Below, piece by piece: positions 28,631-39,464 of a DNA stretch of 57,486 bases (position 1 is the stretch's first letter; each line of letters opens with the position of its first letter). Source of the stretch: a virus (Duplodnaviria; Caudoviricetes); the IMG/VR virus record IMGVR_UViG_3300027704_000029, positions 1 to 57,486 of that record, one strand, 5' to 3'. The notes below the pieces were generated by a model, which saw only the letters and a program-made list of their open reading frames with translations, ran no database searches and was not told the DNA's origin. A program made the translations under genes and the position numbers.

Positions 28631-29611
28631 TTAGTGTTTAATCCATTTAGATTTACCTCTCATTATCTGAGTAATCTCTTCTAACTTAATTTCTGATAAC
28701 CTTATCTTTGCTTTTCTAGTCTCAGCAAATCTTTCCTTCTTTAATAAAGCAACCATATTGGGGTTTGCTTGTGCTTTTGATTGCATACAGCCATATAATA
28801 CGTGTTTAATCAAAGCTTCTTGAGCAAATTTATGTACTATAAAGTCTTTTTCTACATGTATTTCATTTTGCCAAGGGTCAGATGCTGTAGCCCCAACGTT
28901 TTCAACGCCGTCATTTAGATAAGCCACACCATCGCTGATGTACTTAAAGGTCACAGTTTTTCCTGCACAATTACTACTAAAGTGAATTCTTCCTTTGTGA
29001 TAGTCTATATAAAATGACCCATTAACATTCATTGACTTTGGATCAGCCCCAAAAACAGCACCGTTAAAAGCTTGTATAACATCGTTGTCATCAACATTAA
29101 CCCCATTCTGTGTTGAGTTAGGGTTGTTTTGAGCATAATCAAACCAAGTGTTAGAATCACTTGCGTGCGTAGTGTTATTGTTACTATCGAACTGTAAGAA
29201 GTAATTACTATCTTGATTATAAGGCTTCGGGTTACTTGTTAGCAATGCTGGGTATAAAATATGCTCAATACCATAAGTATCTTTCCATGAAACCTTAGTG
29301 TACCCAACGTAGTCGTGTGGCAATGCCATCACTAGTGAAGGTGGTATTTCAATCTCAACACTTCTAGTAGACCTAAATGTATCAAAGCTTAATTCTTGCA
29401 AAGCTCTATTAGCATGGTACTTTATATTCCTAAGTCTAATGCCATCTAACATCATCCCAGTACCACCATAATTAGCGAGTATGTCGTTTACAACATCACC
29501 AACTTTTATGAATTGGTAATTACCGTACTGCCTATCGTCACCTGATAGTTGAGTACCATCCTTACCTTCATAGTATTGCTCGTGTGTTAATGTTATTAGA
29601 TTATCTGCCAT
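28631..29611 (-). CDS. Tail ring/adaptor protein
   Basis: RALQELSFD, LPHDYVGY, YISDG and RKAKIRLS motifs; head-tail joining position. Confidence 0.65.
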   Translation of the reverse strand: MADNLITLTHEQYYEGKDGTQLSGDDRQYGNYQFIKVGDVVNDILANYGGTGMMLDGIRLRNIKYHANRALQELSFDTFRSTRSVEIEIPPSLVMALPHDYVGYTKVSWKDTYGIEHILYPALLTSNPKPYNQDSNYFLQFDSNNNTTHASDSNTWFDYAQNNPNSTQNGVNVDDNDVIQAFNGAVFGADPKSMNVNGSFYIDYHKGRIHFSSNCAGKTVTFKYISDGVAYLNDGVENVGATASDPWQNEIHVEKDFIVHKFAQEALIKHVLYGCMQSKAQANPNMVALLKKERFAETRKAKIRLSEIKLEEITQIMRGKSKWIKH

Positions 29612-29617
29612 TTCTTA

Positions 29618-30436
29618 TTATTTTGTTTGGTTTATATTTTGTGCTTCTTCATTTGAAGCTAGAGTAACTAGACCTGGTTTGTTTATAGTTATACCAGCAA
29701 GTTCTAATATTTTTATTACTATGTTAGTTTCTTCCGACCTATGTAGGTTAAAATCAACAGATGTACTAACATTGTAAAGTGCTTTTTCACCAGTAACAAC
29801 ATATCCCCATTTAACTTCTCTAGGTACTTCTGCTACAACTTCTATTTTTAAACCGCTAGTTAAAGGTGTTTGACCTGTATCTTCTTTGTATAAAGAAAAA
29901 CTTCCATCTGTATTCTCCGTATAATAGTATTCAGCCGCATCATTAGAACTCCATCTTGAGGCATTTCTAGCTACATATAATTCTTTTAACTCTGGTAAAG
30001 CGTAGTACTCCATGAGTTTCAATGGTATACCAGAACCACCCGTTCCCGAGTAATACATTCTACCAGTTCTATAAATTGTTGAGGATAAAGCGGGCATTGA
30101 AAATGACCCGTTTGCAGCACTGTATGTCAGAGCGACATCAGTACCTTTGTATATACTTATTTTTTCTCTAAGTATATTTACTACGTCACCAAAATCAGGT
30201 TCTAACGGGTTGTTAGCTCCTGGTGACTGTTGCTTATCGACTCTCTTACTGACCTGCGTCATTGTCGCTAGATCATAGAAGTAAGCGTCGAATATATCTA
30301 ACTGAGCTTGGTTAGCCAGTAGATTAAATTCTTGTGGTGTAATGTAGCCTCTTTGTTCTTTATTAGCCAGAGCCAGTACTCTTTGATATACTGTATCTAT
30401 ACTTATTGTCGTTTGTCCTGCTACTATTAATGCCAT
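29618..30436 (-). CDS. Tail ring/adaptor protein (tail tubular A-like)
   Basis: VYQRVLALANKEQRGYITPQEFNLLANQAQ N-terminus; position after the capsid genes. Confidence 0.65.
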   Translation of the reverse strand: MALIVAGQTTISIDTVYQRVLALANKEQRGYITPQEFNLLANQAQLDIFDAYFYDLATMTQVSKRVDKQQSPGANNPLEPDFGDVVNILREKISIYKGTDVALTYSAANGSFSMPALSSTIYRTGRMYYSGTGGSGIPLKLMEYYALPELKELYVARNASRWSSNDAAEYYYTENTDGSFSLYKEDTGQTPLTSGLKIEVVAEVPREVKWGYVVTGEKALYNVSTSVDFNLHRSEETNIVIKILELAGITINKPGLVTLASNEEAQNINQTK

Positions 30437-30449
30437 ATATATATTTATT

Positions 30450-30490
30450 TTGTAGTTTACGATCGCCCCGAAGAGCGACCGCGTCTACAA
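30450..30490 (-). promoter_or_regulatory. GC-rich cUUCGg hairpin in intergenic mRNA
   Basis: TTGTAG-AC-GCGGTCGCTC-TTCG-GGGCGATCGT-AAA-CTACAA on the minus strand; no U-tract. Confidence 0.7.
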
Positions 30491-30495
30491 GGTTT

Positions 30496-31350
30496 TTACT
30501 TCATTTGTTTTTCAATAGAAATCAATGCTTCCATACCTTCGTCAGTTTTAAACCAAGCGGCTAAAGCTGAGTACGGATGCTCCTCAAAAGGAACATTCAA
30601 TAATCTTCTACCATTAGAAGCGTAGTTTACTGTTCTTTGATCAGAAGATATAGCTAGTATACCCATCTCAACAGCTTTTATACCAACATTTCTAAGGTGT
30701 ATATTCTCATCATTCATCAACTCTAAGAACAATCCTGGTTTAGACTTTGCAAATATAAGCAAATCTCTTTTGAGCTCCTTAGAACTCATGCTAGATACTT
30801 TAGATCCATTCTCAACTCTCATTACAGCTTCTGCCATATTGATGTCCATGTTTCTAGCTGCTATCATCGCATCTAATTGCCAGTTAATAATTTCTAAATC
30901 ATCAGCAGCCTCAACTTGTGGTTTTACTTCATCCCAAGTTTTTCCAGCTTGCGGGTGATATATTGACATGATTTTTTGTAAGATAACCTTATTCTTTGGC
31001 ACGTGTAAAACACCTGCTCTAAAAATAACTCTACCTGGTCGTACAACTCCTTTGAATTCATCTACAAAAACTGTATTTTGATTTTCAGCGTATTGTACTT
31101 CTCTTTCATAACCAGCTACCTCATCAAACCATCTCAAGTTTTTAACTCCAATCATGAAGCTTAAAGGTCTTCTCTCACTTACTAAAACGTAGGTTCTGTC
31201 TTTGATCTCCCAATCGTTAATAATTCTTTTTTTTGGTTCTGTTCTCACATTAACCGGTGGTGCCTCCGTAACTGGAGTTTTTACCACTACTGTTTCTACA
31301 TGCTCATCTCCAGGATCTCCTGCATAAGCTTTTGCTTGTTTTTTTGCCAT
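30496..31350 (-). CDS. Conserved capsid-adjacent protein
   Basis: Long ORF right after the MCP; SSKELKRDLLIFAK..P..FL motif. Confidence 0.6.
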   Translation of the reverse strand: MAKKQAKAYAGDPGDEHVETVVVKTPVTEAPPVNVRTEPKKRIINDWEIKDRTYVLVSERRPLSFMIGVKNLRWFDEVAGYEREVQYAENQNTVFVDEFKGVVRPGRVIFRAGVLHVPKNKVILQKIMSIYHPQAGKTWDEVKPQVEAADDLEIINWQLDAMIAARNMDINMAEAVMRVENGSKVSSMSSKELKRDLLIFAKSKPGLFLELMNDENIHLRNVGIKAVEMGILAISSDQRTVNYASNGRRLLNVPFEEHPYSALAAWFKTDEGMEALISIEKQMK

Positions 31351-31373
31351 AATATAATATAATATAAGTTAAT

Positions 31374-31402
31374 AAAAAAAGGGGAAGGAGTTTTCCTCCC
31401 CC
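31374..31402 (-). terminator. Intrinsic terminator after major capsid gene
   Basis: Minus strand GGGGGAGGA-AAAC-TCCTTCCCC-T7. Confidence 0.85.
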
Positions 31403-31427
31403 TCTTAAAGTTATAGGTTGCTATCGA

Positions 31428-32888
31428 CTATGCGTTAGTACCTTTTAGTAAAAAGAAGTTATTAGCTCCTTGTACAACTAGACATCTTTCAGATAAGAAG
31501 TGCATTTCCATCGCATCTAAATCAGAAGTAGTAGCGCCAACTGAACCAGTAGTCCAAGTTTTGTACTTTCTACTTTCCATTTGAGAAGCTCTGTATCTTA
31601 CGTGTAAGAATGGTCTCTTAAGGTTTTTCCCTAAGTTTTGATCGTATACTGAAGAAACTCCAGCAGGAATCATAACTCCGTGAATTGCATTAACAGCATC
31701 AGTACCATTAATCAAACCTCTTGTAGAAGAATCATTAAGGTATTTGAAGTCAGACTTGTAAAAGTCATAAGAACCTCTTCTGAAACCAGTAAATCCTAAG
31801 TTAAGTGCCATGTCCTCTTCGTTGTTAAACACACCGTAAGAAGTACCACCTTGAGCACCATCAGATAAACCAGCTAACATGTCATCTACTTGTAAAGACG
31901 CTCCTCTATCTAAGAACATCATGTTCTCTTCAATAGCACCATTTTTATCTAGTTCAGCTAACATTAAGTCGAACTCAGCAAGTAAAGCACCAGTTCCATC
32001 AAAAGCATTAGTTATGTTACCTCTAGTTTCTAGAGCTTCCCATAAACCTTCAGTACCTTGAACTTTACCACCACCAGCAGCACTTGGCATAACGATACCT
32101 GCAGCAACTGTTTTCTCTGACTCCATCATTGACATCTCTAAGTAATCTGAGAAACGAGCTTTAGTATCACCAGAAGCTTTTAAGTACCACATGTAACCAT
32201 TCTGTCCTTCTTCACCAGAAACCTCAACCCATCCAATAGCAGATGCATCAGATCCTGATACTTCATACTTATCTTTCAAGATAATTGGTCTGTTAGTTCT
32301 AGACGTGAATTGTGGTTTGTTAGCTCCAGTTCTACCTATAGAACCTTTAGCAAAGTTTGATCCAAATACTAGAATCGAAACATTACCAGCAGCTAAATTT
32401 CCTGAAGCTATATTTGCGTCGTCAAAACGTAATATAGTACAAACTCCAGAAGCAGCTACAGCAGTAACGTAACATCTAGTAGTAGAATCAGCATCAGATA
32501 CTAAGATCATGTCACCAGCACGAACACCGTGATTAGCTCCAGTCATTGCTTTTCCATCAGCATCAGTTGATGCAGTAAAAGTAAGTGTTCCTACTTTTGA
32601 AGCTGCAGTTAAAGCAACAGTCTTGTAAGATAAATGTAATCTACCTTGCTCTGACCAAATCACTTGATCAGCAGACATAGACTCTTCAGCTCCTACTTGT
32701 GAAAGAAATCCTGAGATAGTTCTGTTTCCAAAAACCTCAGCTTCTTTTTCCATAAGATCTGGTAAATATTGTTGCGCCCAGTTAGCACTATTTGCTCCCG
32801 CGTTAGCGAAGTCAATATAGTTCTCCTGCAACGCCTGTTTAGTTGGTGCTGGTGTTATTCCAGCAGCCGGTACAGATGTAATTGCCAT
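31428..32888 (-). CDS. Major capsid protein
   Basis: QQYLPDL..E.EVFGNRTISGFL, WSEQGRLH, LGFTGFRRGSYDFYK and RPFLHVRYR motifs; follows portal and scaffold; followed by a terminator. Confidence 0.85.
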   Translation of the reverse strand: MAITSVPAAGITPAPTKQALQENYIDFANAGANSANWAQQYLPDLMEKEAEVFGNRTISGFLSQVGAEESMSADQVIWSEQGRLHLSYKTVALTAASKVGTLTFTASTDADGKAMTGANHGVRAGDMILVSDADSTTRCYVTAVAASGVCTILRFDDANIASGNLAAGNVSILVFGSNFAKGSIGRTGANKPQFTSRTNRPIILKDKYEVSGSDASAIGWVEVSGEEGQNGYMWYLKASGDTKARFSDYLEMSMMESEKTVAAGIVMPSAAGGGKVQGTEGLWEALETRGNITNAFDGTGALLAEFDLMLAELDKNGAIEENMMFLDRGASLQVDDMLAGLSDGAQGGTSYGVFNNEEDMALNLGFTGFRRGSYDFYKSDFKYLNDSSTRGLINGTDAVNAIHGVMIPAGVSSVYDQNLGKNLKRPFLHVRYRASQMESRKYKTWTTGSVGATTSDLDAMEMHFLSERCLVVQGANNFFLLKGTNA

Positions 32889-32924
32889 ATAAAAATATGT
32901 TTTAAATTATAGAAAGTAATCTAT

Positions 32925-34010
32925 TTACTTTCTTTTTCTTACTCTTAGCTTCATATCGTTACCACTTTCTCCTAGAACTTTAAACTTCATACCTCCTTCA
33001 CCTTCATAAACTTTATGAGACTCTCTAGATGTGTTGATATTCTTTGATTCAGCAACTGATGTCTTTATAGCATCAGATTTGCCTTGTTCGTAAAAATGCT
33101 TAGCTATTGCGTCAGGGTTCATAGCGGTGAACAATCCTTTGTGATAACCAGCAGCATCTTCCATAACAGAATCTTTGTCTAGGAACTTCCCAACAAAATT
33201 GTTTATGTCTAACTGTGTAGTTTTCACCTTCTCAATGTCCTGAACATTGTAGCTCATCTCCTTGTCACCGACTTTAAACTTAAAACCATCAAAATCTTTA
33301 TTAAAGACTTTTTCAGTTTTGTTTAAAAACTTAGACTGTTGATTCTCTACCATCTTCGTGTTCTCTTCTTCCTGAACGTTATACTTATTTGCGAAATCAA
33401 TAGCATCTCTTTGCTCGGTTGTGAGCTTCGAACCTGCTTTGATCTCTTCGTAATATTTAGATTTTGACTCTTCTAAGTGAGTTCTAGCCTCAGCAACTTG
33501 CTCTTTTAAGGCTAACTTTTTTCTTTTAACATCTCTTTCTTCATCGACATCTTCGTCGTAAGAGAATTGATCTTCCATAAGGAAGTTAATTTCTTCTGCA
33601 TCTAAATGCGGTTTTGTTTTCTTGTAGTAATCTTGCATTACATCGGCATCATCCATTTCTTTGATGTCTGTGTTTAGCTTTACGTAATCGTTAAAGTCTC
33701 CACCAGTTTCCTCCATGAAGTCCATTAGTTTTTGAACATTCTCTGGTATATCTACTATGTCACTTGGTTGTTCTTCAACAACCTCATCCTCAACAAACTC
33801 TTCTACTACTTCTTCTACTGTTTGTTCTTCAGCAACTGGTTCTTCTACGGTTTCCTCTACTACTTCTTCAACCGGTTCTTCTGCTGGTATCTTTGACATA
33901 TCGATTTTAATGTCACCATCTTCATTGTATGATATTGGTGATTCTTGCTCTGTAGTTTCTTCTACAGGATCTTGTGTAACTTCTTCAGCTACTTCTTTGT
34001 TTTCTTCCAT
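32925..34010 (-). CDS. Putative scaffolding protein
   Basis: Very acidic N-terminus, coiled coil, FYEQGKSDA; between portal and MCP. Confidence 0.7.
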   Translation of the reverse strand: MEENKEVAEEVTQDPVEETTEQESPISYNEDGDIKIDMSKIPAEEPVEEVVEETVEEPVAEEQTVEEVVEEFVEDEVVEEQPSDIVDIPENVQKLMDFMEETGGDFNDYVKLNTDIKEMDDADVMQDYYKKTKPHLDAEEINFLMEDQFSYDEDVDEERDVKRKKLALKEQVAEARTHLEESKSKYYEEIKAGSKLTTEQRDAIDFANKYNVQEEENTKMVENQQSKFLNKTEKVFNKDFDGFKFKVGDKEMSYNVQDIEKVKTTQLDINNFVGKFLDKDSVMEDAAGYHKGLFTAMNPDAIAKHFYEQGKSDAIKTSVAESKNINTSRESHKVYEGEGGMKFKVLGESGNDMKLRVRKRK

Positions 34011-34030
34011 GATAAAATAATATTAAATAA

Positions 34031-36436
34031 TTAGTTACTTGATAATCCAGAAACTCCCATTCCATTTCCTAATGAGTCGTTACCAGATGATTCAAAGTTT
34101 TTGGGCTCTTTTACATCTTTCTTCTGTGCTATTAAATTGCTTTGTTCAGACGCTTTTATTTTCTCTCTATCGTCTTTACGATCGTCCTTTTGAGATTCTT
34201 TTCCTTTAGCAGCCTCGTTGTCTAGGTTTCTAAGCTTCATGTTTATTTCAAACTCATGATCCATTAACTTTATTTTCATCTCAGCTTCTGCGTTCATATA
34301 CTGAATCTTCATTCCGTTTCTTTTTTCCTCCATTTGCATATCACCCTCCATTTTAGCTTGGTTTTTCTGAGTCTCTGCTTGCGCTGCTGCTTGTGCTGTT
34401 TGTTGTTGTGATTCTCCTTGAGCTTTAATATTTTGTTGTTGCATTGCTTGTTCTCTCTCAAGCTTCTTTTTCTTCTTATACTTAAGTAGTTGGTTTGCCA
34501 TTTTAAGGTTCTTAACCTGACGAACATCTATTGCGTCATCAACATCTAAAGCTTTTTGCTGTATAGCCATTTGTATGTTTTGCTCTAGCATAGCTTTCTC
34601 CTCTTCATCTGGAGCTAAGTCAATAAATATACCAAATTCATAAAGATGTAACTCTGACATCTCTTTTAGTGTAGCTACGTTGTGAGCACCGATTTGCTGT
34701 ATAAAAGCTTCTTTTGTCGGTGAGTATTCTATTATATCAGATATTCTTAATGATAGTTGCTCTGCAACTTCTACTGTTAAGAACAAACCAGCATCTAATA
34801 TATGTCTAGTTGCAACATTTGAGTTTGCTGCAGCTAGTTTTTGTATACCTACAAGTGATCTAGAATCTGGTGTAGAAGCGTCTCTAGCTTCGTTAAGACC
34901 AGTTACATCTCTAATCATCTGTAGATAGTAGTTATAGTTACCTATAAGTGCTTGTAATTTATTACCTACTCCAGCTCCATTTGAAATTTCTTGAATAGGA
35001 ATTTTAGCGGCATTTTGATCACCTTCTCCAGTGTAACTTCTACCAACAACAGAACCTGTTTGAAAGAACATGTTTAAAGCTTCTTGAGCATTGTAATTTG
35101 TTCCGTTACCTAAATCAACTTCAGCTAATCCATCTACATCTAAAAACACACCGTCAGGTACCATTCTGGACAATACTTGCTGTATCTTCAAGTGTGTAAG
35201 CTGTATCATATCAGCAAAAGAAGTAACTCTACTAACTAGCGACTCTATTTTACCATTATACATCTTAGGTGCAACTATAGAGTAATTCATCTTGACCTTA
35301 GTCATATCACTCTTCTCTCTCATCATGTTCTCAGCTTTCTGCCACTTTATCAAATGCTTAGTACCTAATACTATAGCTCCTTCAAATAAACACTCTGTAG
35401 TTTTTTCTAATCTTTTGTAATCAGCAGCATCGGTTGGTGGTAAGAAAGTATCATCTCTCTTTATAGATCTTTCAGATCCAGAGTTTGTCGCCTTAACTTT
35501 ATAAACATCATTCATGTATGTCTTATAGTTAAAGTACATAACAGCTACTTTGTTCTTATCGTTACCTCCATTAAAACCAGGTACAGCATACATACTAGCG
35601 TACTTACCTGTTATTTCTTTTAAAGCGTATTGATCAAGGTGTGGAAACTCTTTAGCTAACTCGTTAATTGGTATATACTTAACCTCACCAACGTAGTATA
35701 TATCTTCAAAGTAAGGAGAATCTGTATACGAATAAACTAAGTTTGCTGGGTCAACGTACTCTACTTTTGCTCCTTCAGACCAATTGAAACTTGTTTTTGT
35801 AGCACCTATACCTAATACGGTTAGATCTTCTAATACTCTTCTTCTTATTAAATCATACTTGCAACCATCGAGCAATGTGTTTATAGCGGTTTCATTTGCA
35901 ACCTCAACAGCTTGCTTGTAAGTTAATTGCATGTGTAACTCTAACTCTTCTTTATTTTCTGGTAACTCAGAAGGATCATTCTCATACATGTCTACATTTA
36001 AGTTTTGCTTAGCTGTATCATTAAACTCCTTTGTTTGCATGTCAGCTATCATACTATCCATGTACTTTGTTCTTTTAGAAACTCCGTACTGATCTTGTGA
36101 GTATGATTTTATGTCATAACCTCTACCAGCCATACCATTAACAACTATATCCACAAACTTAGGTATAATCGGAACTGGCGTCCAGTCTAAATTAAGATAA
36201 GATAAATCACCATTTATAGATAACTCATCTTTATATTTTTGTATTGATTGTTCTCCCCTAGCATATAATCTAAGGTTGTGAAACTTCCTTGCTGAGTTAG
36301 AGCTTCTACTTTGAGCAGGACCATCGAACCATTCCAGCTCTATAGCTTTAGCTACCTTCAATCCATACTCCTTAGAGCTCTTTTCAGAATCACTAACTAC
36401 TTGGGAAGGAAAATTTTTATGTACAGACTCTGCCAT
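34031..36436 (-). CDS. Portal protein
   Basis: RLYARGEQS..KYK, LDWTPVPIIPKFVDIVVNG, IRDVTGLNEARD; Gln-rich C-terminal coil; follows terL. Confidence 0.85.
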   Translation of the reverse strand: MAESVHKNFPSQVVSDSEKSSKEYGLKVAKAIELEWFDGPAQSRSSNSARKFHNLRLYARGEQSIQKYKDELSINGDLSYLNLDWTPVPIIPKFVDIVVNGMAGRGYDIKSYSQDQYGVSKRTKYMDSMIADMQTKEFNDTAKQNLNVDMYENDPSELPENKEELELHMQLTYKQAVEVANETAINTLLDGCKYDLIRRRVLEDLTVLGIGATKTSFNWSEGAKVEYVDPANLVYSYTDSPYFEDIYYVGEVKYIPINELAKEFPHLDQYALKEITGKYASMYAVPGFNGGNDKNKVAVMYFNYKTYMNDVYKVKATNSGSERSIKRDDTFLPPTDAADYKRLEKTTECLFEGAIVLGTKHLIKWQKAENMMREKSDMTKVKMNYSIVAPKMYNGKIESLVSRVTSFADMIQLTHLKIQQVLSRMVPDGVFLDVDGLAEVDLGNGTNYNAQEALNMFFQTGSVVGRSYTGEGDQNAAKIPIQEISNGAGVGNKLQALIGNYNYYLQMIRDVTGLNEARDASTPDSRSLVGIQKLAAANSNVATRHILDAGLFLTVEVAEQLSLRISDIIEYSPTKEAFIQQIGAHNVATLKEMSELHLYEFGIFIDLAPDEEEKAMLEQNIQMAIQQKALDVDDAIDVRQVKNLKMANQLLKYKKKKKLEREQAMQQQNIKAQGESQQQTAQAAAQAETQKNQAKMEGDMQMEEKRNGMKIQYMNAEAEMKIKLMDHEFEINMKLRNLDNEAAKGKESQKDDRKDDREKIKASEQSNLIAQKKDVKEPKNFESSGNDSLGNGMGVSGLSSN

Positions 36437-36437
36437 A

Positions 36438-38654
36438 TTATCGTTTAATTATTGTTGAATTTGATCCTTTATTGTTATACCTTGAGATACTTATATTTAC
36501 TTCTTTCTTTTCTACCTTAGCGTTTGGAGCATATAGATGTCTGTTACAAGCCATTATAGCTAAACCAGAACTTATTGTTGCATCGAACTTTGTTCGTCTA
36601 TTAATATCAAACTTGCTCCAATCGTTTAAAGTATCCATGAAATACATATCACCATAGTTACCCTCAGTTACTTCTCCTACTTTTTCCTGTATATACATCT
36701 CAATTGCAGCAGCGTGTGCTTGCTTAATATCTTCACTTGAATTAGGTATTCCACCTATTTCTTTTTCTGTTACAGATAACTTGTTCCAAGTTTTGTCTGG
36801 TCTATTCATACTGAAACCTCTGTAACCTCTTCTTCTAAAGTAATACAATAACCTAGGTTTGTTATTCTCACATAATAATGGCATACCATAAAAAACACAA
36901 GCCATTAAAACATCTTCAAAAAACATATCAGCTGTTTGTGGTCTAGCTATGTACTCTAGGAAAAACTGACTTGGTGGTGCATCTTCCATACTAAACTTAG
37001 TTAAACCGTGTAAAGCTCCTTTAGAACCTACTCCATCTACTGTTCCTGATATATCGTAACTATCACAACCAAAAGCTCCCATGTGTTCGTTACCAGGATA
37101 TCTTATTCCTTGTTTGATTATCTGCCTATTTTGCAGTTCCATCTTTGGAACCCAACTAACATTAAATCTACCTTGTGGGTTAGGGTAAAATATAACTTGA
37201 CTATCTTTAACTCCATTGACCCACTGAAAACTACCTCTTGTTAAACCTATAGTGTTACCTAGACTTTCGTTATAATCTATTTGTTGATAAAGTTTTACTA
37301 AGTTGAATATACTATTTTTTGATTCATCTCTAAACGCATGCTCTGTTGTTCTTGGAAACTGACGGTAGAATTCGTTCAAAGCATCTTGATCATCTTTTAA
37401 ACCATCAACTTCATTCTGCCAATTATCAATAACACCTACATCTATTAACTCTCCTTGGGGATCGAGGATGTCCCTATCAGGTGTGTCAAATACAGGAATT
37501 CCGTACTCGTCAATAAATCCTTCATAGTTCCATTCCATTGGGATAAACAGAGAATAGAGACCAGACTTAGTTTGGCCATTTCTATTTCTTTCTGTGACAT
37601 CTGAGGAGTTGTATAATTTTTTAAAATTGTTCCCACCTTTATCTAATGCGTTTGAGGTTGATCCCATCATACATTTACCTATAATCCTACTTCCTAATCG
37701 TAAACATGTTTTTGTAACCCTCCAGTTATTTAAAATATTATCAGGTCTTTCCCATTTACCACTTTCATCATGTACTAGTAAAGCTAGTTTTTCACCATCA
37801 TAACTGTTATCACCAGTGTTCTTCCAATCTATAGTTGTATCTAGTCCAGCTAAATCCTCTAGCTTTTCACCAGAAGTTATTTTCTTTCTTGTAAACCTAC
37901 TAGCAGGTACTCTAAATGCTAGTTCTGTTTTTGGTCGATCCATACCATCTTGAATCGGTTTAAAGAAGAAAGGGTAATTTACACTAATAGGAACCACTTT
38001 GTCTGTAAACATTTTCTTTGCATCCGCACCCGACTTAGATAGTATACCATATCTACTATCACTCTTTGCTGTTGCTAAGTTAACTGTTTCTGCTGAAGAC
38101 ATAAAAGAAAATCCAGATCTTCTATTTTTAAGGTAACACATACCGTAGCATCTCTTATCAGCCTTACAAGCTTCCCAAAATATAAAGAACAATCTATTTG
38201 CTTCTCTAAAGTCTGGTGCTCCAACATCAATCTTACTCCATTGCAAGTACATGTAGTGTGTCCCAACTAAGTACGTAGGTTTCCCATCATTAATAAACCA
38301 AAACCCCTCGTCTCTTCTTTTAAACTCTTCGTCTATATAATCGTGCCACTGATCCTTCTGGTCATCCGGATAACTTCTCCAATCAAATATATTCTTTAAT
38401 CGTGAAAGCTGCTTAGGATACTCCTGTTTGACCCACTTGTTGTCCTCGTGCTTGTATATATCCTTAGGTTGCTTAGGTAGAGCTATAACCAAGTTTTGTA
38501 TCTCTACTATATCACCTATCTCACCAGTTTTAGATATTACAATAATATCGTGTTCTTTGTTGTAGCCATAATCCCACTTCTTACCGCGATTCATCCTAGT
38601 AATAGTGTTCTGTTTTATTGGTGTTACTACCTTACATAATTCTTGATCATACAT
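36438..38654 (-). CDS. terL: Terminase large subunit
   Basis: Walker A-like LKNRRSGFS, Walker B LLVHDESGKW, nuclease GCDSYD ... FDATISSG. Confidence 0.88.
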   Translation of the reverse strand: MYDQELCKVVTPIKQNTITRMNRGKKWDYGYNKEHDIIVISKTGEIGDIVEIQNLVIALPKQPKDIYKHEDNKWVKQEYPKQLSRLKNIFDWRSYPDDQKDQWHDYIDEEFKRRDEGFWFINDGKPTYLVGTHYMYLQWSKIDVGAPDFREANRLFFIFWEACKADKRCYGMCYLKNRRSGFSFMSSAETVNLATAKSDSRYGILSKSGADAKKMFTDKVVPISVNYPFFFKPIQDGMDRPKTELAFRVPASRFTRKKITSGEKLEDLAGLDTTIDWKNTGDNSYDGEKLALLVHDESGKWERPDNILNNWRVTKTCLRLGSRIIGKCMMGSTSNALDKGGNNFKKLYNSSDVTERNRNGQTKSGLYSLFIPMEWNYEGFIDEYGIPVFDTPDRDILDPQGELIDVGVIDNWQNEVDGLKDDQDALNEFYRQFPRTTEHAFRDESKNSIFNLVKLYQQIDYNESLGNTIGLTRGSFQWVNGVKDSQVIFYPNPQGRFNVSWVPKMELQNRQIIKQGIRYPGNEHMGAFGCDSYDISGTVDGVGSKGALHGLTKFSMEDAPPSQFFLEYIARPQTADMFFEDVLMACVFYGMPLLCENNKPRLLYYFRRRGYRGFSMNRPDKTWNKLSVTEKEIGGIPNSSEDIKQAHAAAIEMYIQEKVGEVTEGNYGDMYFMDTLNDWSKFDINRRTKFDATISSGLAIMACNRHLYAPNAKVEKKEVNISISRYNNKGSNSTIIKR

Positions 38655-38932
38655 TATTTAGATCTGCTTTCAGCGAAACCCTTAAATGCTTTGGTATCGT
38701 TTTCATCAGGCATCTTGCCCTCAAGTAAGTTCTCCTCTTCTTGTATCCTGTTCAATATTTCAAAGGCATCGAATATAGCTAGTTTCTTTGATGCTGCGGC
38801 ATTTTTTAACTTGTCAGCCGTTAAGTCATCTTCAGAGTCAGTGACAATAGCTTCTTTAGCTACCTTGATTAACTCTTCTACTGCTTTATGCCCAGCTTGG
38901 ATTATACTCCTCTTCGTCTCCTTGATATTCAT
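38654..38932 (-). CDS. Putative terminase small subunit
   Basis: Small helical ORF immediately upstream of terL; KNAAASKKLAIFDAFEIL. Confidence 0.5.
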   Translation of the reverse strand: MNIKETKRSIIQAGHKAVEELIKVAKEAIVTDSEDDLTADKLKNAAASKKLAIFDAFEILNRIQEEENLLEGKMPDENDTKAFKGFAESRSK

Positions 38933-39464
38933 ACTTAAGTGTTATTAAATTAGATTTGACTCTGTATAGTCTTTCACCATCGACTATAAATTCATATTGA
39001 CCTACTGGTTTGAATCTAACTAAACTGTTTTTTTCAACAATCCCGTCAGTATGCTTTACAACTCCCATTAACTTCTCCGTATTAGTATTAAGCATACCTG
39101 TTTCTTTTAGCGGTTTTATAAAGCAAAAACCTTCCATTGCTTTCCACTCATCATTTCTTTTGTATGCGAAGATTTGATCTTCGTAAACGATGTAGTTATC
39201 TTCATCTATAAAGCTAGAACTATTCTTCTCTTCTTTCTTTATATTATACCACCTTCTAAATACATTGTGGTGTACTATCACAGTATCTCCTTTTCTTATA
39301 TCTGTTTCAAAAGCAAGAGGCGTAGCTTTTACAATACCTTCTCTATTTAAGAATTCAAAGTTAGATATCTCAGCATTCAATATCAATTCCTTATCACCTA
39401 TTTTTTTTATGTTATTGTACCTCTCTCCTTTTGGTTCTATTAAAAAACCATTAAGACCTCTCAT
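38886..39464 (-). CDS. GroES-like fold protein (two tandem lobes)
   Basis: FLIEP...GIVKATP...IRKGDTVIVH, then FCFIKP...MGVVK..: GroES-like strand pattern twice. Confidence 0.5.
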   Translation of the reverse strand: MRGLNGFLIEPKGERYNNIKKIGDKELILNAEISNFEFLNREGIVKATPLAFETDIRKGDTVIVHHNVFRRWYNIKKEEKNSSSFIDEDNYIVYEDQIFAYKRNDEWKAMEGFCFIKPLKETGMLNTNTEKLMGVVKHTDGIVEKNSLVRFKPVGQYEFIVDGERLYRVKSNLITLKYEYQGDEEEYNPSWA

